The position numbers and the translations under genes were made by a program. DNA of 60,856 bases, the filler included, from Collodictyon triciliatum (lineage: Eukaryota): assembly GCA_043381765.1 (NCBI GenBank). It is 5 parts of 5 records of this genome, joined end to end, with 100 filler letters (N's around TTAATTAATTAA, not from the genome) between each part and the next. Parts side by side here need not be neighbours in the genome. Positions count along the whole stretch, not along the records: positions 7,728 to 22,515 come from JBHJMP010001773.1; positions 22,616 to 37,393 come from JBHJMP010001774.1; 3 more parts are not named here. One strand, 5' to 3'. Below are positions 10,496-23,667 of the stretch, in pieces; within the stretch, counting starts at the first letter, position 1, and every line of letters starts with the position of its first letter. The notes under the pieces are model-generated. The model searched no databases. It worked only from the letters and a program-made list of their open reading frames with translations, and was not told the DNA's origin.

Positions 10496-11094
10496 ACGAA
10501 TCGAAAGATGGTATACTCCTAGTAAATAAAACAGATGACAACAAATTAGGGCAATCTTGTTTTGCAAACAAATGAAGCGTGTAGGATATCCCTCCTGTGA
10601 CAAGCCCTTCCAGTTTTCCGTGTCTTTTATCTCAGATACATATTGTCCAATCCTTATGCGATGGATAATGTAGCCACCTTGCATAAGCCAACAAGTATAG
10701 CCAAAAAAATAAATAAAGATTTAACTTTCAAAAGTCATGGGCTGATTGGTAAACATGAGGAGGCAGACAGAAAAACATTTACAAGCCTGTAGGCTACAGA
10801 TACATGAGTTTTCTCGAAGTAGATTGATAAAGATTTTTACACATGGTCGATGATGTTTATAGGAAGTTTGGGGATTGGGTATGGCCAGAAATTGAAACTC
10901 AGGATAAAAAAATGGACGCAAGGAACGGGAGATAAGCAAAATGCGTGCTAGTATTTCAGCTCAGGAAGTGACCCAACTCGATGAAAGTTAGGTTGGTTGG
11001 GGCCAGGTGGATGTGTGAACTCAGGTGATAAAATGAATGGAGCGGATGGCGATGCGGGAGGAGACTGTCATGAGACGGTTTCCAAAGTCGAGCC

Positions 11095-12366
<1,272 letters not shown>

Positions 12367-13784
12367 GGTGTATTAGCCCTTGGTAACTTTTGATGCTTTT
12401 GCAAAATGGTGGTCTTTCGAAGCCTCGCCTGCGGATTCCAACCTCCGGTTTATCCTTTCTTCAAGCTACAGTAATGCTCCGGTCAGCGAGATATTGCAAT
12501 TAAAGATAAAATAAACGAGGTTATAAGCTGAATAACCACCAAGTAAGAAAAGAAGGCACTCGCTTTTCCAGGAGGGAAAAAAAAATAAAAGAGGCTCTAG
12601 ATTTGTGGTGAGTTTTAGAGTAGGCAGAGTACAAGCTCGGCGACAGACTTGGTGGAGTCTGTGGAAACTCTTTATAGGTGGATAGAGGAAGGAGATTCGG
12701 CCGTCCTTTGCCACTGCGTCAGCGTGTTAGGAAGTAGTCGCTCATGTTCTTGACTGTGTTCGAGTGCGCAACTTGCAGCCCTTCGCACGGAAATCAGACT
12801 GGTGATCTGGTGGATTGATTCGTCTGTCGTTATTTTCCTGCCCATGTTTGGGTTTGCCGTTACGATTCGTCCTTTTTAGATTTCCACATTTGTGTACCGT
12901 TGATGTTCGTTTGATGCGCTCCGAACGGCTACATCGCCCGTTCAATTTTATAAGTAGATAAATATATTAACAATTGTTATAATATATATAAATATCCAGG
13001 TGCAATCAATATAATATTGTATATGAATTACTCATGTATTTCCCACAATTAGAAAAAAGTCTGGCCTCCTGCTTTTTTACACCCGAACATACCCATCGCG
13101 GGTAATGTTTGCGGAATGTGTCGCTGTGTCTGTATCAATATGGAAACTATACCACCATTGATTCTGACCGATGTATCCGGTTCAAGTGTCGAGGTTGTGT
13201 GACATAAAAAATGCCGCAGAGTCATCCGGTGATTGGTTGATTGATTCCAAGGTCATTATCGTGTGGTTTGCAGCTGGAGCGTTTTTGGTGGAATGCTGAG
13301 TCGTGATGACGACACCCGCTGCTGGCGCACACGAAATGTGACGCCTTTTGTTGTCACAGAGCTAAACGCGGCGCAAGCACATCCACCAAAAGCATATTCC
13401 ATACTGAATCTCGAGACACCAGCCGCGAAATAGCAAGTGGTTTCTAATTGCAATATGATTTATTTATTCGCTTCTTTAGTTTTCCTCCCATCGGATAAAG
13501 TGAATTGTAGTATGATTTCTCTGGTGGTGGGTGTCGGTATTATTGGCTTTGGCAGAGGCCGAACCGAAATAACACAGCCAAAACCAACATGACCACAAAG
13601 GCCGACTTATAAACGGGGACTCATAAAAAATGATACAACAAGCTCATATTACAAGTGTTGCGCACCAAACAATACAACACAACACAGCAAAGCAATATAT
13701 CACACAGTATTCCAACTTATCAAATAACATAACATAACATAACATAACACAGCAATCAAAGCAAACATCAATTCGCAAGCTAAG

Positions 13785-16700
13785 ATGCCTCGAGGAAGCC
13801 CCCAAACCAAAAAAGATATCGCCCTGTTGTCCCTGAACGAGGCACAAATTCAAAATCGAGCTACTGGAAACGATTCCATCATTCTTGCGCCAGACAGCGA
13901 CCCGCTCCGCCAGTTTTCTCCTAAGCATTCCACACTCGCAGTTTTGCCCGTGGATGAGAAAAAACCCTTGCATCTCCAGCACCCGCACCACCATGAGTCC
14001 CACTTGCATCTTCCTGTCATGGAAGACCCGGTTGCCATAGAATACGAAGGAAAGACCGTCTCAAATTACGTCGAATGTACGTTTCCCTATTTTCCTCCTC
14101 ATCCGGTCTGACATCCTCAACTCATACCTCCAAAGCACTTGATTCCACATTTTCCTGTCACGAGCTTCATGGTATTATCGCCATACGTCCACTTAGCCAC
14201 ATACTGAGTAGAAAAACATCACATACAGACTGCTACGGCTTGAACGGTGTCATCGGTGTCGGTGTTTTGAGCATCCCCTGGGCTTTCTATCAAGCGGGCT
14301 TTGCTTTGTCCTTAATCACACTGTTTCTCGTTACTATCTGCTGCATCATATCGACAAACTGGCTTCTAGAGGCAAGTTGTGCATTATGCTTATGCTTCAA
14401 AACATAAATATTTTACACCTTGTTGTATTCTGTCAATCTCATTCTCATGCTTGTCCAACCATCGAGCCACATCGACATTTTGACAGTGTGAATGGTTGCG
14501 ATATGACGGTTGCGGCTGTTTTGAAATCTGTGTGATGAATGTAGGTTTTTTGTCGTGCGACTGCTATCGAGCATGTAGAAAGAATGGAAGAAGAGTCGGA
14601 ACAAGAAATGAGTGAGGCACCGCAGCCTGTTTACGAAATCACAACAAAGAAGTTTGAGCTGACGGAGTTGTGTGGCGTCTTTCTCGGACCCACATTCAGA
14701 AAGGTACGTATTGGCGCTCACCAAGAACGATAGACAATAGGATAAGCACCATAGGCAGACCATTCATCATACATTTGTTGGGCTATTGATGGAATCATGG
14801 AGAAGCTTACAAAAATACACACCATAGAGCTACGAAGCGATGTTCATCCTGTATTCCCTAGGAGCACTGTAGGCTCATTATGTCCTCTCTGTTTGACATG
14901 ATTCCTGTCATAGCAACAAAACAACATCTTTAAAGGAAAATAATAAAACATAAATCATTTCTCTGTTATGTACCGTAGGTGGGGATTTGCAATCATTTTT
15001 TCAAAGTCTATGTGTAAGTATGAGATTACGTGTATGCGCCAACTATAGAAGCGGCACATATCTATTTATAGACATAACACAAGTACATCTCACAACATTA
15101 CGTCTTCAATAATAGCATCGTACCTCCCAGTCCCGTTCCTCAATAATGGAGAAACATGGTGAATATGAATATGAATATGAATATGTATATGTATATTTAT
15201 ATAATGGCAAATGAACAATGACAAATGGACTATCGACCGCATAGCTTTCCAAACATAGTGGACATTACTTCCTAGCTTTATGATTTCCTTTATTCGATTC
15301 AAAGACTCCATAGCTTTATGATAGAAAGTAAGTGTACTCTTGGGACTAATTGAAGCACATACTTCTACATTGTAGTGAATCGTGCAACTCGCTGTACATT
15401 TTCTACCTAGCTCTGTATGCGGGGTTCGTTGTCCCGTTATCATTCTTGAATCTCGGCAGTCAGGTAATAAATTATCAGATAAGATGGCATGGAGAGAGCT
15501 TCGAAAGTGCTTGCAGAAACAACCGATGTGTTTTGAGATAACGCAATAATAGACATTAGTAAGACTATAAGACGTCATCATGGAACAGGATTTCTTGCTA
15601 ACTTTCGCTGATAAATCCCTCACAAAAGAAATACCTCCAAATTGTGATGACTGGAATTCGCATTGCTTCTTTGACTCTGATGATAATCAGCTCTGCATAT
15701 GGATTGGTGAACGGAATCGAGCCTGTATGTTTATAACATCTGATATTGTCTATGACTCCAAGATATCCATACACCGACATATTTGTATTTTAGCTTTTCT
15801 TTTTTTTTTTTCGGTGAAATTATGAAAGATTGAAAGGCTGTTTGATAAGTCAAGTGAGCCCGACCGTTTAATTTTTCGCGGGTCTTTGCTACCGTTTGTA
15901 GGTTGGTGATGAGTCTGATACGATAACGTCTGATGAATCCGATTTCCCTATGTTCCAAATCTTTGGGTTCGGGGCGATGTTCCCTATTGTAGTATTCTCA
16001 AACATCGCACACTCCAATTTACCAACGATGGTTCAGCCCGTTGATGACCATAGCAAGGTATGTATATATCTATGCATTCAATTTGCTTAGAGATAATCAC
16101 CCAATAATGGTAAAAAAAAACAATATAGCAAAGAAAAAGAATATTGAAAGAATATTGAAAGAAAATTGAAAGGTTACTTCTATGTTTGGCTAAAAATCTC
16201 ATATACGCCCAACATCCAACATTCACCATCTTTTCTACAAGATGGGAGAAGTACCACAGAAATTAAATATGCCATCGGAACCGTCACACAATAAACTATA
16301 ATAGCTTCGAAAGACATGGACAGCTATCATGGCGACAACTTTTGTATTGTACTCCAGCCTTTCCACCATCGTGATGGCATACTATGGACCAAAGCTGAAG
16401 GCCCCTTGCTCTCTTAACTGGGTTGACTACGACTACAGACACGACCAAAGCGGGTACGTCCTATTTTTAATGGAAAGGCGTAAAGCTTACACCTCAAACA
16501 AGTCTCTGAGTTTGACGGGCTTACCCATTACGTTTTGGAGACAGACCCCGACCAGCACTAGCTACACTCATATCCATGGTCGTAGTGCTTTCACCAGCTG
16601 TCAACACACTGTCTGGATATGCACTGGGATGTAAGGATGCTTTCTTTGTCTTTTCTCTTTCTTTCCTTTATGTGTGTGTGTTGGATTCAAAAGACGTGAT

Positions 16701-17624
16701 GATGTGATTATTTGTGTTTGTTTGTCTCGGTATTGCCAACACGTTGTGTAGACTGGATGCTGACATAGCGATTTCCCCTTCTCTTTCCTGCCTATGCATG
16801 TATATGGGCCTAAGCAATCACTGCCTCTGGGAATATCATCAGTGGCTTTAACCATTCCGGGCAAGAGTCCGGCGGCCTGTCTATGAGTATGCAGCGATTG
16901 ATTCGTATCGCCGTCGCCGTCATACCGATGTAAGGAACCATTGAAATATATCCTACAATACCCCATGTTTCAAAAAGAGAGAAAAGTAAATATTGGACGT
17001 ATAGCTGTCCAGTAAGAAAAAGTAAAGCGTATTTTCTTTCAACATAGTGGGGGAGCCATGGTTCTGAGTGACATCAGCGCTAGTAGGATACAAGATTATT
17101 GATGAATCAAAATGACACAAGAATCATCGTTAAGAACAAAAAAATTACTCAATCATAATAATCACAATAATCACAATAATCACAATGATAATCCAAGATA
17201 AAAAAGGATATCTTCATCATTATAGTGATTATTGAATGACAACCCTTCATGTATTCAGTATCGTTCTACTTGTTCCCTGTCCTCACATATTTATGGTGTT
17301 ATGTGCACCAGTTTACAGCTTTACTGGGCTTCTAAGCTTTGTTATTGCATTCCTTGTTCCCGCCATTCTTCAGGTGAGTCAGTCTTTTCTGTGTGTAAAA
17401 TGTATGTATGGACGAAGTGATTTTCAGGCCACAGGAGACGAGCAACGATTTGATTTACACAGGTTCGGTCTCGGGCCATCTGCGAAAAAATATGGGGCAG
17501 GGAGCACAAGGACACGATGTTTACGTGCTGGATGAGCCAGCGGTGGGTGATTTACTCGATAGTGGGATTTTCAGTGATTGGTATGGTCACCACTGTAGCG
17601 GAAAGGGCTGTTGCGTCGATGTAG
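13785..17624 (+). CDS. Amino-acid transporter of the AAAP/SLC38 (Aa_trans) family, TMEM104-like, many short exons
   Basis: NGVIGVGVLSIPWAFYQAG...TNWLLE/VFCRA..., YEITTKKFELTELCGVFLG, CSLNWVDY, FTGLLSFVIAFLVPAILQ, hydrophobic C-terminus ending VAERAVASM*. Confidence 0.8.
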
Positions 17625-17966
17625 AAGCCGAGATGAGGAGAATAAAATAAAACGAAATCACATATAGACACATAATCATATCGTTCCCTAGCTTGTATCT
17701 AAGACATTAATAAAAGTTTTCAAGAGTCAAAGTTGTTTGTATGGTCACAAACACGCCCTAGAAAAATAATCTGCTCCAAATCCAAAGCTCAATCTTTCGC
17801 CATGTCTTTGCTACAGAGTAAAACTATGCGAATACGCAAATAATATCTGCATGAATCCGTTTTTTACAAATCAACACCGTGGAGAAATTATATATGTACT
17901 CTTCACGAAAAAGAATACGGTGTCTTTTTTTTTTCTGCCCTTCGGGTCATTGTTTATATGATAGCT

Positions 17967-19370
17967 TTAGGGAGTATGGTCCCTCTCTATCTCCTCGTAT
18001 TGAGATTTATCTAAAAGAATACTGTGACTATCCGAGTATAGTACGTAATGTTGAATAATGAAAAACAAATCGAAGAAGATAGTCTCGATGCTGAGGATTA
18101 GTTTCGGGATGTTGCTTGTAAGCTCAGAGTAATCGTCTGTATCATTTACAATCAGCTGAATGAAATATGTTTGGGAAGAATAATTCATACTCTTGGCACG
18201 CATGATTATACGAGACTGCACATTAAAATATTCATATTAGGTTATACCCGAAAAATGATGAAGTGATTTTGAACAGATTGGGACATTAATATATAAATGA
18301 AGACAGTGTGACCTTCGATTTCGGCATCAATAAGTAGTTGGAAAAAGGACAGCACACCCCCAACAATATCCAGTATGATGTTATGAATACTCCAGCCTGC
18401 CGTACTTTTTCGATTATAGTTTATGTACGCCTGTTGAGAAAAATGAGAAAGTATCACCATTTTTATATTCAGCAGTGTTGATCAATTTCTTTTTGAACGT
18501 AAGCTCCCTCTTCATTCATATGCGGTTATATAGTTTTAAGTTTTATGAGTTGTGTACAAATAGAAATTATGAGCCTAAATGAAGGGTTGGATATACCTGA
18601 GGCACGTATTTCACAAACGAAACTGCTGTCTTCACATACCCATATATATCAATTGATGTACCCCATTCCACAGAACTTGTACCACCCAAGATAAGTGCCA
18701 GAATCATCGTGAGTACAAAAGACAATGAAACGCCGCAACAAATTCTCGAAGGTCTTTGTCCGTTATTCTAAATAAAAGATAATCTTTTTAAGAAGGCAGA
18801 TAAACTAGATTATGAGGTCAATTGCTTGATTATTGCGGCTAGAAACCATTATAAATGCTTTTCATCGGGTCAGATAACATGGCCATCAGTCTCGCTATTA
18901 ATGAATGGATGAAATACTGGGACAAATGTTTGCACCAATCGAAGAAAATTTGCTGACCGACCTCATATATTGCGCATTGGCCCACGGTGAAAAGAGTCAA
19001 AACCAACGCGTGAATGGAAAAAAATACGTCGTTTGCTTTGATGCTGTCTTTCTTTTCCCCATATGAATAGTATATGTTGCATACTGAATATGCAAAGAAT
19101 CCGATGGCGTTGTACAGAAGAAAGTCAAACGACAATCCAACCACACTAGAGTGATATCAAGAATAGAACGCATGAGGAAATGCTGCATGGCCACCTTAAG
19201 CCCAATTATTACGAATGAAAAGTACATCCTCGTTTAATGAATATGTGAGTCAAGAACCTTTTTCGTTGGTAGTTCAGAATTACTTGTGTATAAAAGGATA
19301 CACTCCATGATGTAAAGTATATCCATCCAATCACCTCGGACAAGATTTCGAGGTTATCGGTTGTCGTCAT
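17967..19370 (-). CDS. CTNS: Cystinosin (PQ-loop lysosomal cystine transporter), multi-exon
   Basis: [98 protein letters not shown] sorting-like motif near the C-terminus. Confidence 0.93.
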
Positions 19371-20366
19371 CTTATGCTTTGAATCAAACCTAGGTTCAGA
19401 GAGAAGAGGAAGGAAAAAGGAAAAGACACCGCGACAAGAAGAAAAAGGAGAGAGAGAGATAGAAAAAGGAAAGAGAATGTGTGACATTAGAACCACAGAA
19501 TCACATGTCAATAAGCTTTGAACCTTCGATTTATCCAGCACAACCCGCTTGACATAGTTGTGGTGTGAGGCCGAATAGAATGAATTTTTAGTCATCAGTA
19601 AAGCTCTCTTCGTTTTATTATTTCTTAGACATTTGTTTGTTTTTCTTTTCCCAACTCCAATCCCAACCATTCGAAGCAAACCTCGGAAAAGCGCATGGGA
19701 TGCAAATGCTAGCGGGTCGTTTTTTTGCACCATTCTGTGCCCAATGTACATCTTGCTGGTTCATATGAGCAAGTAAAGGAGGGAAAGAAAGAAGAAGAAA
19801 ATACGAAGCAGAATAAATCCCAGTATATTTTAATTGTGCTGATTGAGTGCACCGGTCAAGCTTCGTGCTTCATATTTTTAACCTCCACCTGTTGGTCTAC
19901 TCATGGCTTGTCTTCTGCTCCCATGTCCGACGCGGTAACTCCTATGGATATGAGCTTATCCTTGTTCAACGCGCTTTTGCTTCGCAATTTCCAAATAACC
20001 AGCGCGTCGATTAAATTACACTGCTAGCGTTTGTTTCAAGTTCAAGGGTTGTTTGAAAATAATATAACAACAATTAGATAATATATCCAGGTGTGTATTC
20101 ACGAAATATGGAGTTGCGAATGGTGTTTGGTTCTGGGCAAGCGCGGGCAATCGGGAAGGTTGAATCTCATCTAATCAAGATGATAGAATTTGTTTGTGTG
20201 TGTGTTTTTCTCCTCTGAATATATTCAAGCGTTGGAAACGAATACGGAAGCTGGTGGGGAAAAGAGCATTTTATTTCTTCTGTGATTTCCTGTGTGGGTA
20301 TCCCCATTCATGTGCCTTTTGTTTGCAGAGCCCATATCAGCTTTGTTCCATTTGCAGAACAAAGAG

Positions 20367-20532
20367 TTAGAGTGAAGGAACCAGTGTGACCAGTTCCTCA
20401 CCAGCAGTTGGGTGAATGGCGACAGTGTCATCCAAGTTGGCCTTTGTGGCGCCCATTTTCACTAATGTTACAAAAGGATTTTATCATGATAAACGAGACA
20501 AGGTCTCTTCACTTGACGTAAATACAAAGTGA

Positions 20533-20630
<98 letters not shown>

Positions 20631-22340
20631 GTAATAATAATAAATGAAAATAGAACTTATCACGGAATATAGAAATAAGTAACGAAAGATAATTAGACAG
20701 GATAGGAACGGCGAATCAAATTAATGCCATCATGAGAGCACCCGTTATATAAGTATCTTCATTCGAACCTGCAACGGCAAATCCTTGGATAATTTCGTCC
20801 GACGCAATACCGATTATGTGAATCCCAACAACCTTCTCCTCAGGCCCGATACAGACAACCTATATGAGAGTCAATTAGTAGCGCATTCTTAATAGTAATT
20901 TGTCAATATGATGGGTGCACTTTCTGTAATCATGGTACGCATTGACAGTGACCTTGTAGAACGTCTTTGTCTTGCGCTCGGTCATGGAGTGGTACATGTT
21001 TGTAAAGTTTGTCTTGTAAATGCGAACAGCTTCGCGTCCGAACCGAGTGACTGCTTCTGCCTCAGATATTCCAACAGTCCCGATGGGTGGATGGCTTTGT
21101 GGTGTTCAAATTAAACAATAATTGTACTCGCTTATATGGCGGAAACTCAGTAAGAAGCCATACTAAACGATAAAAATCCGCAACTTTCTTCATTCCTTTA
21201 TTTTATCCCCTTTGAATCACGTATGTATATTTCCTATTCAGAAAAAAAAAGATAAAAGAATTACCTGAAAATAACGGTAGGGATGTTTTCGTAGCTGAGT
21301 TTCAAGCCTGCTTTGCCGTTAAACAGTCGGTCGACGAGGCGGCGACCTGCGGCTATCGCGACCGGGGTCAGTTCAACCCTCCCAGTAACATCACCAACTG
21401 CATACAGATTCTTTACGCTGTAATAAATATTTACAGGTCAATTCGGGCAGATGGTGTGTTCCAATTGGAATAAACAGAGATGAATGCAGTCAATTTATTT
21501 CAAGGCAGTATCATTTGAATATATCATGTAGAAGAAATGACATTTTCATGGACAATCATCAAACCTAGTTTCTTGCCATTCGTCTGTGACGATGTACCCC
21601 CTTTCGTTAACCTTTGCACCTGCCTTGTCCAGGTCGATGTTGTCCGAGTTTGGGCTTCTACCGATTGCCCAGATTACCTTCTCAAAGGCTTATTTGAAAA
21701 GGTATGGAATAATATTCATGAGATACCATCGCTTTTTTTCTTTGGAGGATGGGAGGTACATCCCTGGTCGCACGCCATCGAAATTAACATTGAGAATAGT
21801 ACGATATCATCTCGCAAAAATAATGTAAACGGAATATGTACCTCCTATGGCTCCGCTAGCAGACTCCAGCACGATGGAACCTTCCTCTGTGCGACGAGCA
21901 GCCGAGACGACGGTATTTTGGACTATGGTAATGCCACTATGTTTCATCTAGAATCAGATAATTAAAAGAAGATCAGGACCAATGATGGGGGTGCTTTTTT
22001 TATACGTTGAGGTATTCTTAATACCTCGTCCATTAAGACGTTGATCACATCTTCTTCAAAGTTGCGGAGAGCTCGCTCGTGTCGGATAATAAGCGAAACC
22101 TGTCCGACATAGGTAAGTAATGTAAAAATATATGAAGATGAAGAGATAATATGCTGATATTCAATATGAAATGCACCCAAACATTAAATGATGGGAGTTA
22201 TGTATGTGTTGGATTATATCAGAGTGAGATAGACATGGGTAAATTGGGCAGCTAATTTACCTTGCTTCCAAGAGATTGAAGGATTCCGGCCATTTCAACA
22301 GCGATATATCCAGCACCAACGACAGCCACACTTTTTGGGA
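20367..22340 (-). CDS. GSR: Glutathione-disulfide reductase, 5'-partial (cut by scaffold end)
   Basis: [80 protein letters not shown]...[13 protein letters not shown]. Confidence 0.93.
20534..20643. repeat. (AAT)n microsatellite in a GSR intron
   Basis: Seen directly. Confidence 0.95.
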
Positions 22341-22515
22341 CTATGAGGGTATATGGTTAAAATGAGTCCCAAAAAAAATAGAAGAATAATGGAAGAAATT
22401 CCCCCCCCCCCCCCCCCCCCCCCCAAGGGGAGAAAAAAAAAAAAACAATATGGCCAGGTTTCTTTTTTTTTTTTCCAAAACCAGAAAAAAAAAAAAACCC
22501 TAACCACAACAATGA

Positions 22516-22615
22516 NNNNNNNNNNNNNNNNNNNNNNNNNNNNNNNNNNNNNNNNNNNNTTAATTAATTAANNNNNNNNNNNNNNNNNNNNNNNNNNNNN
22601 NNNNNNNNNNNNNNN
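22516..22615. other. Artificial scaffold linker
   Basis: N44-TTAATTAATTAA-N44. Confidence 0.97.
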
Positions 22616-22713
<98 letters not shown>

Positions 22714-22714
22714 G
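22616..22714. repeat. (ATATGT)n microsatellite
   Basis: Seen directly. Confidence 0.95.
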
Positions 22715-22858
22715 CATATAAAGCAGCCCGTGTTGCGAGGTCTCAGCTCACAAGAGAAAAAAAAGCTGCCCATAAATGAAAGCGAACATGAAAACAAGGA
22801 AAGAAGTATTTGAAAGGCCTCTTTGAATGTGAAGGCATATAGTTGAAAGAAAGGATAC

Positions 22859-22966
22859 CACGAGAAGATTGGTCTCTTCATCCACATAGACCCCGACAGT
22901 CCAGTCAGAGGACGTGGGAGTTGACGGAGGAGGCCGCTTCCCAAAGAGCCTCGAGATCCACTCCAT
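22859..22966 (-). CDS. Probable first coding exon of an unidentified gene running off the scaffold
   Basis: MEWISRLFGKRPPPSTPTSSDWTVGVYVDEETNLLV (36 codons), followed immediately by a U12-type donor GTATCCTTTC. Confidence 0.45.
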
Positions 22967-23667
22967 ACGATGTCCTGAAGCAGAAAGTTAAGCAAAGTTC
23001 TTTCTTTCTTTGTGTTTGTTTTGTGTTGTTTTCTTCGTTTTTTTGGTTTTGTTATCTTTTCTTTTTGGTTTTCGTTTTTCAGCTTGTCATTTTTTGATCA
23101 CACGGTGTATCCGCGGAATCTGCGCGCGACATTTTTCTTTTTGCTGGTTTCGCTTCGATCGCAATTCCAGTTTTGGCTCAAAAAAATGTGATGGTTTGTG
23201 ATGGCAAAAGAAAGGCGAGCGGCGGTGAGATGCCAAAAAAAGAAGAAGAAAAAATGAAAAGGGCAGTGCGGATTAATCAATGATTGTGAAGCCTGTCCAA
23301 CTCATGTGACTTCTATCCGTGTCACTCATGTTTGTTGAAATCAGCATCAGCAGCATAGTCACAGCCACAGCCACAAAAGACCTAGTCACATAACAAAGCT
23401 TGCGTCCCATCACAACATCATATATCATGCAAATGTAATGAACTTGATATTAGTATTTAAAAAAAATCGCCATTTACGAGGGGATACTATCATTTGCAGT
23501 TTGGTGGATAAAAGGGGTCGGCAAACCAGCTTATTTCTTTGGCAACCATCAAGAATCATGAACACTACTAAATGGGCGCCTCTCAATAGGTATTTGATTC
23601 CATCACTTTTGTTTTGCTTTATAATCCTTTCATGGCATTCACTTACGAATGACCACTTTTGGCTCCT

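Larger units (their letters stand above)
8002..10522 (+). mobile_element. Non-autonomous Fanzor1-carrying transposon, copy 1 (right end at either 10495 or 10522)
   Basis: Colinear homology with the reverse complement of 45730-48238. It starts abruptly at AAACAACCTGAAT and runs to GCGACCAGGTTTA, followed by a second shared CTAGTAAATAA. Outer flanks are unrelated and no transposase ORF is seen. Confidence 0.88.

Noticed and set aside
12373-12387. RFX X-box-like GTTACCAAGGGCTAA just upstream of the CFAP20 ATG
   Set aside because: Only one half-site fits, and RFX control of ciliary genes cannot be assumed in this lineage.
12445-12460. CCGGTTTATCCTTTCT resembling the Fanzor right end
   Set aside because: No upstream hairpins or CTAG, and the orientation is wrong relative to the left-end-like motif at ~13000.
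19293-19302. GTATCCTTTT on the minus strand in CTNS (U12-like donor)
   Set aside because: It lies inside conserved coding sequence (WSVSFY), not at an exon boundary.
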